IMG/VR virus record: IMGVR_UViG_3300032216_000739
Span: 1-33,648 of that record
DNA length: 33,648 bases
Origin: a virus
Lineage: Duplodnaviria; Caudoviricetes
Strand: one strand, 5' to 3'
In this document: positions 8,965-18,186 of the stretch, piece by piece
Numbering within the stretch: position 1 is the first letter of the stretch
Layout of the letters: each line of letters opens with the position of its first letter
Position numbers and translations under genes: made by a program
Notes under the pieces: model-generated
Databases searched by the model: none
The model's input: the letters and a program-made list of their open reading frames with translations, nothing else
What the model was told of the DNA's origin: nothing

Positions 8965-10395
8965 GTGAAAACGCCTGTGCTGGGCCAAGCATACGTCGCG
9001 CGTGCAGTCAATGCCGCCGACAACCGCGAGGTCAATTTGTTCCCCGAACTTGTCCCCGAAGGTGGCAAGGAACCGGCATTTCTGAACCGCGCACCTGGCC
9101 TTCGCCGCGTGGTCACGGTGGGCAACGGCCCTATTCGTGGGTTGTGGCAGTTTGGCGGCTTTGCCTACGCGGTGTCGGGGCTAGAGTTGTACAAGATCGA
9201 CTCGGCATGGGCGGCTACGTTGATTGGCACGGTTGCCGGTGACGGGCCGGTGTCAATGTCTGACAACGGCACGCAGTTGTTTGTGGCCTGCAACCCCGAA
9301 GGTTACATCTACAACGCCACGACTGCCGTGTTCGCGCAAATCACCGACCCTGACTTTCCTGGTGCTGTGACCGTGGGGTATGTCGATGGGTACTTTGTAT
9401 TCAATGAACCCGATTCTCAGCGCGTATGGGTCACAAGCCTTTTGGATGGTACTGCGGTGGATCCGCTGGATTTTGCGTCGGCTGAAGGTTCACCCGACCA
9501 ACTGGTGTCGCTAATTGTCGACCACCGCGAGATATGGCTGTTTGGAACCAACTCGGTTGAGGTCTGGTACGACGCGGGCAATGCTGATTTCCCCCTGACG
9601 CGCATCCAAGGCGCGTACAACGAGATCGGCTGCATAGCCGCGTATTCAATTGCCAAGCTGGACAACGGGCTGTTCTGGCTCGGCGGCGACGCTCGCGGTC
9701 AGGGCATTGTCTATCGGGCCAATGGCTACACCGGCCAGCGCGTCTCCACGCACGCCATTGAGTACGCCATTCAGTCCTACGGCGACATTACGGACGCCAT
9801 CGCCTACACCTACCAGCAGGAAGGCCATGCGTTCTACGTTTTGACCTTTCCCAGCGCCAACAAGACTTGGGTATACGATGTATCTACGCAGGGTTGGCAT
9901 GAGCGTGCGGCATGGAACAACGGCCAGTTCATTCGCCATCGCTCCAACTGCCAAATGGCGTTCAACAGCGAAGTGATCGTAGGTGACTACGAGGACGGGC
10001 GGCTGTATGCCTTTGACCTGTCGGTGTACGCCGACGACGACGCGGTGCAGAAGTGGCTGCGGTCGTGGCGTGCGCTGCCGCCAGGTCAGAACGATCTAAA
10101 GCGCACCGCCCAGCACAAGCTGCAACTGGACTGTGAAAGCGGTGTGGGCCTCAATACGGGCCAAGGCAGCGATCCGCAGGTCATGCTGCGCTGGTCGGAT
10201 GACGGCGGTCACACATGGTCTAACGAGCATTGGGCGACGATGGGGGCTATCGGCACATATGGCGCTCGCGTCATTTGGCGGCGGCTGGGCATGACCATCA
10301 AGCTGCGCGACCGTGTGTACGAGGTTTCCGGCACGGATCCGGTCAAAATTACGATCATGGGCGCTGAACTGCAAGCCAGCGGCACAAACGCCTAG
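8965..10395 (+). CDS. Tail hub / packaged DNA stabilisation protein, P22 gp10-like
   Basis: Motifs DGYFVF, FASAEGSPD, FGTNSVEVW, YQQEGHAFYVLTFP, TWVYD...WHER, LRWSDDGG.TW. Confidence 0.9.
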   Translation: MKTPVLGQAYVARAVNAADNREVNLFPELVPEGGKEPAFLNRAPGLRRVVTVGNGPIRGLWQFGGFAYAVSGLELYKIDSAWAATLIGTVAGDGPVSMSDNGTQLFVACNPEGYIYNATTAVFAQITDPDFPGAVTVGYVDGYFVFNEPDSQRVWVTSLLDGTAVDPLDFASAEGSPDQLVSLIVDHREIWLFGTNSVEVWYDAGNADFPLTRIQGAYNEIGCIAAYSIAKLDNGLFWLGGDARGQGIVYRANGYTGQRVSTHAIEYAIQSYGDITDAIAYTYQQEGHAFYVLTFPSANKTWVYDVSTQGWHERAAWNNGQFIRHRSNCQMAFNSEVIVGDYEDGRLYAFDLSVYADDDAVQKWLRSWRALPPGQNDLKRTAQHKLQLDCESGVGLNTGQGSDPQVMLRWSDDGGHTWSNEHWATMGAIGTYGARVIWRRLGMTIKLRDRVYEVSGTDPVKITIMGAELQASGTNA

Positions 10396-10397
10396 CC

Positions 10398-11324
10398 GTG
10401 GCGAACGTCACTCAAATCCCCGCCCCTCGGGTAGACCTTATTGACCCCCGCACGGGGCTGATGTCGCGGGAATGGTTTCGGTTCTTCAACAACCTGTACA
10501 CGTTGACAGGCGGCGGGACAACCGATACGTCTCTGGCCGACCTGCAATTGGCTCCGGTCTATCAGCTTACGCCGCCCGATGCAGCGACGGCTGATCTAGC
10601 CCCGCAAACCGTCACTGTGGCCGAACCGCAGTTTGACTTGTCCCCGCGCTATGAATTGGGGACGCTGGCCTCGCAGAACGCCGACAACGTAACTGTCGGC
10701 AACCTGACTGCCTCCGGTACAGTTACTTTGTCTGGCGGCACGGCTAACGGTGTCGGTTACCTCAACGGTTCCAAGGTCTTTATCTCTGGCGCAGCGCTGA
10801 CCTTTGACGGCACAAACTTTGCCACCACTGGCACTGCCAGCGCGACCAAGTTCATTCCGACCGGTGGCTCTGCTACCGGCAACGGAATGTACTTGCCCGC
10901 AGCAAACACGCTGGCGTGGAGCGTCAATGGTATTGAAGGGTATCGGCTTACAACAAGCGGAATGCTTGTGGGGACGACCGCTACTGGCGGTTCAATGTCC
11001 AACACCGCTACTGTGTTGGGCGGCAGTTTTTCCACGTTTACTGGTTCGACATCGCTACCCGCAGCAACCGCGACAACTATTGCGACAATTCCATCTGGAA
11101 CGCGCTCATCGTATCTGGTGACCATTAGCCTTAACGTGGTCGATGCAGTCAACTATGGTGCGGCGGCAATAATTGTTGTCGATAACTCCAGCGCGTCTTT
11201 GGCGACAATTAAAGCGGGTGCATTGATGACCCTCACAATGTCGGGGCTTAACATCCAGGCAACGTCAGGCGCAGGCACCACCAATACAGGGTATTGGTCG
11301 GTTACGCGGTTGAACAATCAATGA
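10398..11324 (+). CDS. Tail needle/fibre protein (gp26 position)
   Basis: Follows gp10. N-terminal 'PRV.LIDPRTG.MSREW.RFF' anchor, then Gly/Thr-rich fibre-like repeats. Confidence 0.65.
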   Translation: MANVTQIPAPRVDLIDPRTGLMSREWFRFFNNLYTLTGGGTTDTSLADLQLAPVYQLTPPDAATADLAPQTVTVAEPQFDLSPRYELGTLASQNADNVTVGNLTASGTVTLSGGTANGVGYLNGSKVFISGAALTFDGTNFATTGTASATKFIPTGGSATGNGMYLPAANTLAWSVNGIEGYRLTTSGMLVGTTATGGSMSNTATVLGGSFSTFTGSTSLPAATATTIATIPSGTRSSYLVTISLNVVDAVNYGAAAIIVVDNSSASLATIKAGALMTLTMSGLNIQATSGAGTTNTGYWSVTRLNNQ

Positions 11325-11416
11325 ATGTTTGTTTGGCTTTGGTAAAACTTTTTCGCGCATATGTTTCGCGCACGAAATTGGGCTATCATAGCCGGTAACT
11401 AACCGGAAGGTGCTTC

Positions 11417-13657
11417 ATGGCGGTCAATCTTTCACCTCTGGCGGGCGCGGGGGCGCAGTTCTTCACCGACGCGGGTACTCCGCTGACGGGTGGGCTGCTG
11501 TACACCTATCTGGCGGGTACGACTACTCCCGCCGCCACCTATTCCGACATCTCCGGCGCTACTGCCAACTCCAACCCCATTGTGCTAAACGCCGCTGGGC
11601 GCGTGGCTGGCGAAGTTTGGCTGCTGGCCGGAACCTCGTACAAGTTCGTCCTCAAGACCTCGACCGGCACAACCATCGGCACTTGGGACAACATCGACGG
11701 CGTAAACGATGTCATCGCTTCAACGGCTTTTTACGCTGACACGTTTACTTGCACAGCGGGGCAGACGACCTTTACCCTGTCGGCCAACCCAGGCTCGATC
11801 AACAATCTGACAATTTCGCTTGACGGCGCGGTGCTGGTAGCCGGTACGGATTTCACTTGGTCAAGCACAACTGTTGTGCTGACGCTGGCCGCGTACTTGA
11901 ACCAAGTGCTGCGCGTCGCCTATTCGACCGCCGCTGGCGTCAAAGCTATCTCCCCAGGCTCTGTAGTGGATGTTTCGGTTGCGGCGGGCAGCAAGCTGTA
12001 CAACCGTATTACTGATCTTGTAGACGTTCGAGACTACGGGGCCGATTCTTCGGGGCTAACCGATAGCACAGCGGCAATCAAAGCGGCGGCGACCGCATCC
12101 AAGCGCGTATATTTTCCCGCAGGCACATACTTGTGCAACAGCGCACTTTTTGACAACGTGCCTGTTTCTCAAGGTTTGTATTGGTACGGCGAAAAGCGCG
12201 GCGGCTTAGATCAGATTGATGGCACCGTCATCAAATATACCGGCAGCGGCATCTGCTTTAAGTTCCAGCAGGCCAATGGCACTAGTGACAACGGCGCAAT
12301 GGTGTTTGAAAACTTCACGTTTCAAGCTACCAATGCCACTGCGGGAATGTTCCAATTCAACGACCCTGCATTGACACCTACTCCAACCAATGATTCAACT
12401 ACGCCTGCGTTTATTCGTGAAATTGCTTTTAAAGGATGTGCTTTTTGGGGCGCTGGCTCTGTTACCCAAGGAGATGGCATTAAAGGTGTCAAACTTTTTG
12501 AGTTGACCATCGACCAAAATTGTTATTTTCGAGGTTGGCGTCGCGCGATTTGGTTGTACGGATGTGATAACAATACCGTTGACGGACGTTTTGCGTACAA
12601 CGGGCGACACATTCAACTGGAAAACGTTAACACTTTCGGCAACGACAATTTAATCACGGCCCGATGGTTTGGCGTTACTTACAACGCTGGCGAGGCGCAA
12701 TATCCCGTGTATGACGCGGGCGACCACACCACGATGGTCGGCAACGATTTGGAGCCGCTGGCTGGTGCGACGGCGGCCATGTATTTGAACGGGGTCTACT
12801 GCCAGTATTATTCACTGGACTGGCAATTTTCCAACACCGTGCCGCCGTTCTCGTTGGGTTCTGCCGCTAGATGCTTGACTTTCATCAACACCAATTCCAA
12901 GTCCAGCGTTGGTGTTCCGATCATTGCCTCTGCCACGACTATTGACGCGCCATCTATCCTTAACGATTACCCCGGCGTTACTTTTATCAACCCCGCCGCG
13001 TCGCTAATGACAGCTCTGCGCGGCGTGCCGCGTGTCATGGTGCAAGGCCGACAGGCCCGCACCACGGGACAGTTGGAAAACACTGGTCAAGAGGTTGCGA
13101 CCAGCAACGGCCTTGCGTCCAAGCGCTACGTCATCAACGCATCCAACTACAATGCACGCTCGGTCAGTGCTGGGTTTTCCGAGCCGTTGCTTGTGGTGGA
13201 TTCTGCCAGCTACATCGGTACTGCCGTTCAAATTAAGTCGGTCAACCTTAACGGGTTTTTGGTTGACTTTACTGTTGGCAATGCAATCAACAATGGCGAC
13301 ACAATAAAAGTCACGGTAATTGGAAAAGCAAGTGCCGCACCTGGCGCTGGCACATTCCGGTACAACATTGCTAAGAATTTGACCGGCGTCTCTAACGGCG
13401 CGCTGTCTACCGCAACCAGTTACACGGCAAACACGGCCACCTACACGCTTGCTGGATTTGCTTCTGGAGATTTGCTTTCTATTGGCGTTTACAATGCAGG
13501 CGTAACCGACGGGACAACCTATAGCATCTCAGCCATTATTCTCGAATTGGTCAACGTAGCAATTCCGGACACTTCTGGCGCGACTTTGGCAAACGTCGAA
13601 ATTGAAGTGAACAAAATCAAGGCCGTGATGCGTTTGTTTGGATTGATTGGAGGATAA
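11417..13657 (+). CDS. Tailspike 1: particle-binding N-domain plus pectate-lyase-like beta-helix (putative depolymerase)
   Basis: N-terminal QFF...G.PL.GG.LYTY.AGTTTP..TY...NPIVL...GR domain; beta-helix cap VDVRDYGADSSGLTDSTAAIKAA...VYFPAGTY. Confidence 0.85.
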   Translation: MAVNLSPLAGAGAQFFTDAGTPLTGGLLYTYLAGTTTPAATYSDISGATANSNPIVLNAAGRVAGEVWLLAGTSYKFVLKTSTGTTIGTWDNIDGVNDVIASTAFYADTFTCTAGQTTFTLSANPGSINNLTISLDGAVLVAGTDFTWSSTTVVLTLAAYLNQVLRVAYSTAAGVKAISPGSVVDVSVAAGSKLYNRITDLVDVRDYGADSSGLTDSTAAIKAAATASKRVYFPAGTYLCNSALFDNVPVSQGLYWYGEKRGGLDQIDGTVIKYTGSGICFKFQQANGTSDNGAMVFENFTFQATNATAGMFQFNDPALTPTPTNDSTTPAFIREIAFKGCAFWGAGSVTQGDGIKGVKLFELTIDQNCYFRGWRRAIWLYGCDNNTVDGRFAYNGRHIQLENVNTFGNDNLITARWFGVTYNAGEAQYPVYDAGDHTTMVGNDLEPLAGATAAMYLNGVYCQYYSLDWQFSNTVPPFSLGSAARCLTFINTNSKSSVGVPIIASATTIDAPSILNDYPGVTFINPAASLMTALRGVPRVMVQGRQARTTGQLENTGQEVATSNGLASKRYVINASNYNARSVSAGFSEPLLVVDSASYIGTAVQIKSVNLNGFLVDFTVGNAINNGDTIKVTVIGKASAAPGAGTFRYNIAKNLTGVSNGALSTATSYTANTATYTLAGFASGDLLSIGVYNAGVTDGTTYSISAIILELVNVAIPDTSGATLANVEIEVNKIKAVMRLFGLIGG

Positions 13658-13663
13658 GCAACC

Positions 13664-15148
13664 ATGACCAACTCTCGTAACCTTTCAAATCGCGGCACAG
13701 ATTTTGTCAGCGTCAAAGACTATGGCGCTGTTGGTGACGGAGTGACCGATGACACCGTGGCTATTCAAGCTGCGATCAACGCGGCGGCGCTAACGGGGAA
13801 TGCGTTTCTTGTGCTGTCTCCAACAGCCACCTACAAGTGCGCCAGCGGATTTACGCTTGACACCAACAAGGTTGGCATCATCGGCAACGGCGCGGCGTTG
13901 TCGTTTGCCACAATGACAACTGGCGACGCCATAACCATTACTCAATCAAATGCAGACGCAAATTATCGCAATTGGCTAAACCATGCTCATCCGATAGAAG
14001 GAGTGCAATTCATTGGCCCTGGCGTTACGGTAACTGCTGTTCGCGCCATGTATTTTAGCGACATCGTTTCCCCAAACACGGTATCGGGCGGCATCGTAAA
14101 AAGTTGCGCCTTTGTCAATTTTGCCAAAGACGTTACTTATGGGACTGGCGCATTTTGCATCACGTTTGACAAATGCAACTTTACGCTTACAAGTGGAACG
14201 CCTTCTACATATTCCATTGAGATTCTTACTGGTACAACAAACGCAGGTGAGCGAAACGTATTCCGCGATTGTATGTGGAACAATCGCAATTACGTTTTTA
14301 ACCAAACTGAAGCGTCGTCTGATACCTATTTTGACCATTGCTCGTTTGACGGTCATGTCCGTGCGGTCACTCAGACAGGTGGATTGGTCACGCTATCAAA
14401 TTGCCATATTGAGTCCACGCAAGACGGCGACTATTGGTTTTACGTCAGCGGCACAAACACTGTTTTCAACGTGTTTGGCGGCACTTCGCAGATTGCGGCC
14501 AACAAAACAAACGCTGTTTTTTACTCGGACTCAACTTGCGCTCGCGGCGGCGTAATCATCCGCGACCATACTTATTGGTTCTCAGGCACTACCCATGCCG
14601 CGAATATTGTTGCTGGTACTGGCCGCACTGACGTATCTGGCTTGCCACAATTTGCCAGCGCAGTGAAGCCAGCCATCAGCGTATATCAAAACGTGCTAGC
14701 TTATGGCGGCCTTGAGTCTGCCAATTACACCGCAGAATGGACGCTTGCCAACGGCGCAGTGCGCTCAACTACCGTGGCACGCACAGGCACTTATTCGCTG
14801 TCGTTACCGTCATCCTCTGGCGTTACTCCGTCAGCATATTTCACTGTCCCCTGCAAGCCTGGGCAAATGGTGCAGGGCGAATACTGGTATCAAGTGCCTG
14901 CAATCACTGGCACTAGCGGATCTTTCTATGTTCAAGCCGACTACTTGGACAAAGGCGGAAATGTGATTTCCAACGCATACGGCGTTGTGCTGGCCACAAC
15001 TAACGTATCTAGTTGGACGCAATATCGTTTAAGCGTTCCACCGTCACCGGCAGGAACTGTGTCTGTCAAATTCTTTTGGAACATCTTTGGTACTGCGTCG
15101 GGCGCGCCGATTGCTTACATTGATGATGTTTTGGCGACGGCGATATAA
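13664..15148 (+). CDS. Tailspike 2: pectate_lyase_3-like beta-helix with C-terminal carbohydrate-binding-like module
   Basis: VSVKDYGAVGDGVTDDTVAIQAAINAA motif. The C-terminus (N.L..GG.E....W...ARTGTYSL...YIDDV) resembles a CBM jelly roll. Confidence 0.85.
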   Translation: MTNSRNLSNRGTDFVSVKDYGAVGDGVTDDTVAIQAAINAAALTGNAFLVLSPTATYKCASGFTLDTNKVGIIGNGAALSFATMTTGDAITITQSNADANYRNWLNHAHPIEGVQFIGPGVTVTAVRAMYFSDIVSPNTVSGGIVKSCAFVNFAKDVTYGTGAFCITFDKCNFTLTSGTPSTYSIEILTGTTNAGERNVFRDCMWNNRNYVFNQTEASSDTYFDHCSFDGHVRAVTQTGGLVTLSNCHIESTQDGDYWFYVSGTNTVFNVFGGTSQIAANKTNAVFYSDSTCARGGVIIRDHTYWFSGTTHAANIVAGTGRTDVSGLPQFASAVKPAISVYQNVLAYGGLESANYTAEWTLANGAVRSTTVARTGTYSLSLPSSSGVTPSAYFTVPCKPGQMVQGEYWYQVPAITGTSGSFYVQADYLDKGGNVISNAYGVVLATTNVSSWTQYRLSVPPSPAGTVSVKFFWNIFGTASGAPIAYIDDVLATAI

Positions 15149-15157
15149 GGACACCTC

Positions 15158-15493
15158 ATGGCTATCACCGTCAAGAATCTGATCCCGTCACAGATTGCCG
15201 CCAACGTCCAGACGACGCTGTACACGGCTACCAACGTGACGACGATCATCGACAAGTTCACCGCCACCAACTACAGCGGCGCGGCTGCAACGCTGAGTGT
15301 CAACTTGGTAGCCTCCGGCGACACGGCTGGCAACCAGAATTTGGTCACCAAGACCAAGACGCTTCAGCCTGCTGAGGTCTACACCTTCCCCGAACTGGTC
15401 GGTCAAGTGCTGCCAGTTAGCGGCTTCATCTCCGTGCTGGCCGGTACTGCCGCGTCCATCACCGTGCGAGCCAGTGGGCGGGAAGTGACCTAA
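15158..15493 (+). CDS. Hypothetical virion-associated protein
   Basis: AAGGA SD, strong codon bias, beta-rich, TAATG-coupled to the next gene. Confidence 0.75.
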   Translation: MAITVKNLIPSQIAANVQTTLYTATNVTTIIDKFTATNYSGAAATLSVNLVASGDTAGNQNLVTKTKTLQPAEVYTFPELVGQVLPVSGFISVLAGTAASITVRASGREVT

Positions 15494-16002
15494 TGAGCGC
15501 AGTTGCTTTGGTTCAAACGCCAGAGCAATTGGCGTTTCGTCGCAAAATTCTGGCGGCGCAGGACATCATCGACCGGCTAATTGCCGAGGGCGCGGTAGAG
15601 TCCACGCTGGAAAATTGCACGCTAAAGCATTACTTTACGCCTAAAGATGCGACCTACGGTTGCAGCACTTACGCACGGGAAATGTTCATTCCTAAAGGAA
15701 CGCTAATTGTCGGTAAGATTCACCGCCATCAGCATTTGAACTTTATCTCGCAAGGCAAGGTCACTGTGTTTACGGAGTTTGGCCGCAAGCATTTGACCGC
15801 CCCTTGCACCTTTATTTCTGAAGTGGGCCTTAAACGAGCCGTCTTAGCTGAAGAAGATACGCTTTGGACAACTGTTCACCTCACCGCCTTTGATTCTGAG
15901 TCCGATTTGGATAAGATAGAAAGCGAAGTGATTGCGCCGACTTACGCGGATTTGGGGCTACTTGTTGAGCCGCCGCCCGCTTTGCAGGAGACACTGACAT
16001 GA
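15493..16002 (+). CDS. Cupin-fold protein
   Basis: YAREMFIPKGTLIVGKIHRHQHLNFISQGKVTV...APCTFIS..G.KR resembles cupin motifs 1 and 2. Confidence 0.7.
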   Translation: MSAVALVQTPEQLAFRRKILAAQDIIDRLIAEGAVESTLENCTLKHYFTPKDATYGCSTYAREMFIPKGTLIVGKIHRHQHLNFISQGKVTVFTEFGRKHLTAPCTFISEVGLKRAVLAEEDTLWTTVHLTAFDSESDLDKIESEVIAPTYADLGLLVEPPPALQETLT

Positions 16003-16958
16003 CTTGGGGCTTTACCGCTGTCGCCGCCGCCACAATCGGCTCAAGTTTAATTGGTTCCAGTGCGGCCAAAAGCGCCTCCAACGCGCAAGTTAACGCGGCA
16101 GACAAATCCGCGCAGTTGCAGTACGACCAGTTCCAACAGACTCGCGCTGACCAAGAGCCGTTTCGCCAAGCGGGCCTTACCACGCAGAACGAGTTGATGC
16201 GCCAGCTTGGGCTGGGCGGCGACGCCGGTTCCGCAGGCTACGGCAATCTGATGCGAGACTTTAGCGCAAGCGACTTTCAAGCCGATCCAGGCTACGGCTT
16301 TCGCATGAGCGAGGGCTTGAAGGCGCTTGACCGGCAGGCGGCGGCTCGCGGCGGGCTGATCTCGGGCGCGGCGCTCAAAGCGGCGCAAGGCTACGGCCAA
16401 AATCTGGCCTCTGAGGAATACCAGAACGCCTTTAACCGCTACCAAACCAACCGTGGCAGTCGCTACGGTATGCTTTCGGGGCAGCAGGGCGTGGGGCAGG
16501 CGGCGACCAACGCGCTAGGCGCAGCAGGGCAGAATTACGCAACTAACGCGGGTGAGGCGTACATGGGCGCGGGCAACGCCCGTGCCTCTGGCTACATCGG
16601 CGCAGCCAACGCTATTGGACAGGGCGTAGGCAGCTTGTCCAATATGTATATGCAGAACCAGATGATGAATCGGTTTGCGCCCTTGTCTGGCGCGGGGGCG
16701 TCGCCAACCTACGGTATGTATTCCAGCCCCAACACTACAATGACAGGCGACGGAACTTATTTGTCTGACCGTCGGTTTAAACGCAATATCGAACACATTG
16801 CAACGCGCTTGGACGGTCTGAAAGTGTACTTGTTTGAATACATTTTTAGCCCCACCAAGCACATCGGGCTTATGGCGCAAGAAGTGCGCGAATTGTACCC
16901 AGACGCGGTTGTTGAGCGCGATGACGGCGTGCTTCTTGTCAATTACGGTAAGGTGTAA
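15999..16958 (+). CDS. DNA ejection protein (P22 gp7-like) with C-terminal peptidase S74-like domain
   Basis: Hydrophobic Ala/Gly N-terminus, DPGY.FR..EG..AL...AAARGGL.SG..LKA motif; C-terminal SDRRFKRNI...GLMAQEV....PDAV......VNY. Confidence 0.8.
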   Translation: MTWGFTAVAAATIGSSLIGSSAAKSASNAQVNAADKSAQLQYDQFQQTRADQEPFRQAGLTTQNELMRQLGLGGDAGSAGYGNLMRDFSASDFQADPGYGFRMSEGLKALDRQAAARGGLISGAALKAAQGYGQNLASEEYQNAFNRYQTNRGSRYGMLSGQQGVGQAATNALGAAGQNYATNAGEAYMGAGNARASGYIGAANAIGQGVGSLSNMYMQNQMMNRFAPLSGAGASPTYGMYSSPNTTMTGDGTYLSDRRFKRNIEHIATRLDGLKVYLFEYIFSPTKHIGLMAQEVRELYPDAVVERDDGVLLVNYGKV

Positions 16959-16960
16959 CC

Positions 16961-18184
16961 ATGCCTATTGACCCACGCATCGCAATGGGCTACCAAGCCC
17001 CGCAGCTTGAATCGCCCGTCAACATGATGATGATGGCGCAGAAGCTGCAATCTGGTCAGCAGGAAAATGCACTGCGGCAGGCGCAGATGGAAAACTATCA
17101 AGCCGAAGCGGCGCGGCGCAACGCGTTATTGCCTGCTGAATTAGCCAAAGCCAAAAGCGACGCCGATGCAGCGGCATTGTTGCAACGCAAAACAGCGGGC
17201 GACATTGCGTCTCAAAAAACTGCAGCGTACAAAATGCTTTTGCCTAATTTTGCAAAAGACCCTAACTCGTTGGCGTCGTGGTACGCCATGCAACATGACG
17301 ATCCTGACATGGCGGGAACGCCGGTTCACGATCAACCGCTAGATGTGTTGTTGTCAAAAATTCCCCAAGATGCGCCCGGCTTTGCAAAGCACGTTGAGCA
17401 AACTGCGCTTGGCATGGACAAGTGGCTTGAAAACGAACGGTTGAAAGCAACCGGTGCGGAAACTGAACGGCACAATCGCCAGACAGAAAAAACCGCTACT
17501 GCCGCAGCGCAAGCCGACAAAGCGCCTACAGTCACCACTATCCGCGACCCCAACGACCCCAACCGCAACTTGCAGATCGACGCCCGCACCTATCGCGGCG
17601 GCTCTGTTGGCGACGCAGGCGTGTTGGGCGAATCGTCAAAACCCACGGAAACGGCCAAACTTGATGCGCGGGAGTTGGCAAAGCGCGAAGCCGCGTACCC
17701 GCAGGCCACTACGGCGGTGAAATCGGTTGAGGGCAACACCGATGCGCTGATTACCAAGCTGAAAACGCTGCGCGATCATCCTGGCTTGTCTGGCATGACT
17801 GGGCTGATTGCCGGTCGTACGCCAAACATCACTGGCCCTGCCCGCGAAGCGCAAGCGTTGTACAAGCAGATCATGGCTACGGGTCAGTTTGGCGTGTTGC
17901 AGGCGCTGCGCGAATCGTCAAAGACTGGTGGCGCGTTGGGCAACGTCTCGGACACCGAAGGCAAAGCCTTGCGGGATTCGTTTGGTGCATTGGATCAGAC
18001 GCAAGATACCCCGTCATTTCAGAAAGGCATTGACGCTGCCATCACTGATTTGGAGCGCACTAAACGCACGGTCAAGGAAGGCTACGACGCAACGTATGAA
18101 TACAAGTCGGGCGGCAATGGCCGCGCAGCCCCCGCCGCACCTGCCGCAGCGGCTAGTGGCTGGGGCGAAGCCAAGGTCAAGTAA
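16961..18184 (+). CDS. Putative DNA ejection protein (gp20 position)
   Basis: Ala/Gln-rich helical protein between the gp7-like and large gp16-like genes; GGALGNVSDTEG motif. Confidence 0.6.
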   Translation: MPIDPRIAMGYQAPQLESPVNMMMMAQKLQSGQQENALRQAQMENYQAEAARRNALLPAELAKAKSDADAAALLQRKTAGDIASQKTAAYKMLLPNFAKDPNSLASWYAMQHDDPDMAGTPVHDQPLDVLLSKIPQDAPGFAKHVEQTALGMDKWLENERLKATGAETERHNRQTEKTATAAAQADKAPTVTTIRDPNDPNRNLQIDARTYRGGSVGDAGVLGESSKPTETAKLDARELAKREAAYPQATTAVKSVEGNTDALITKLKTLRDHPGLSGMTGLIAGRTPNITGPAREAQALYKQIMATGQFGVLQALRESSKTGGALGNVSDTEGKALRDSFGALDQTQDTPSFQKGIDAAITDLERTKRTVKEGYDATYEYKSGGNGRAAPAAPAAAASGWGEAKVK

Positions 18185-18186
18185 CT

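Noticed and set aside
10398-15148. Diversity-generating retroelement or invertible tail-fibre cassette
   Set aside because: No reverse transcriptase, invertase, template/variable repeat pair or flanking inverted repeats seen.
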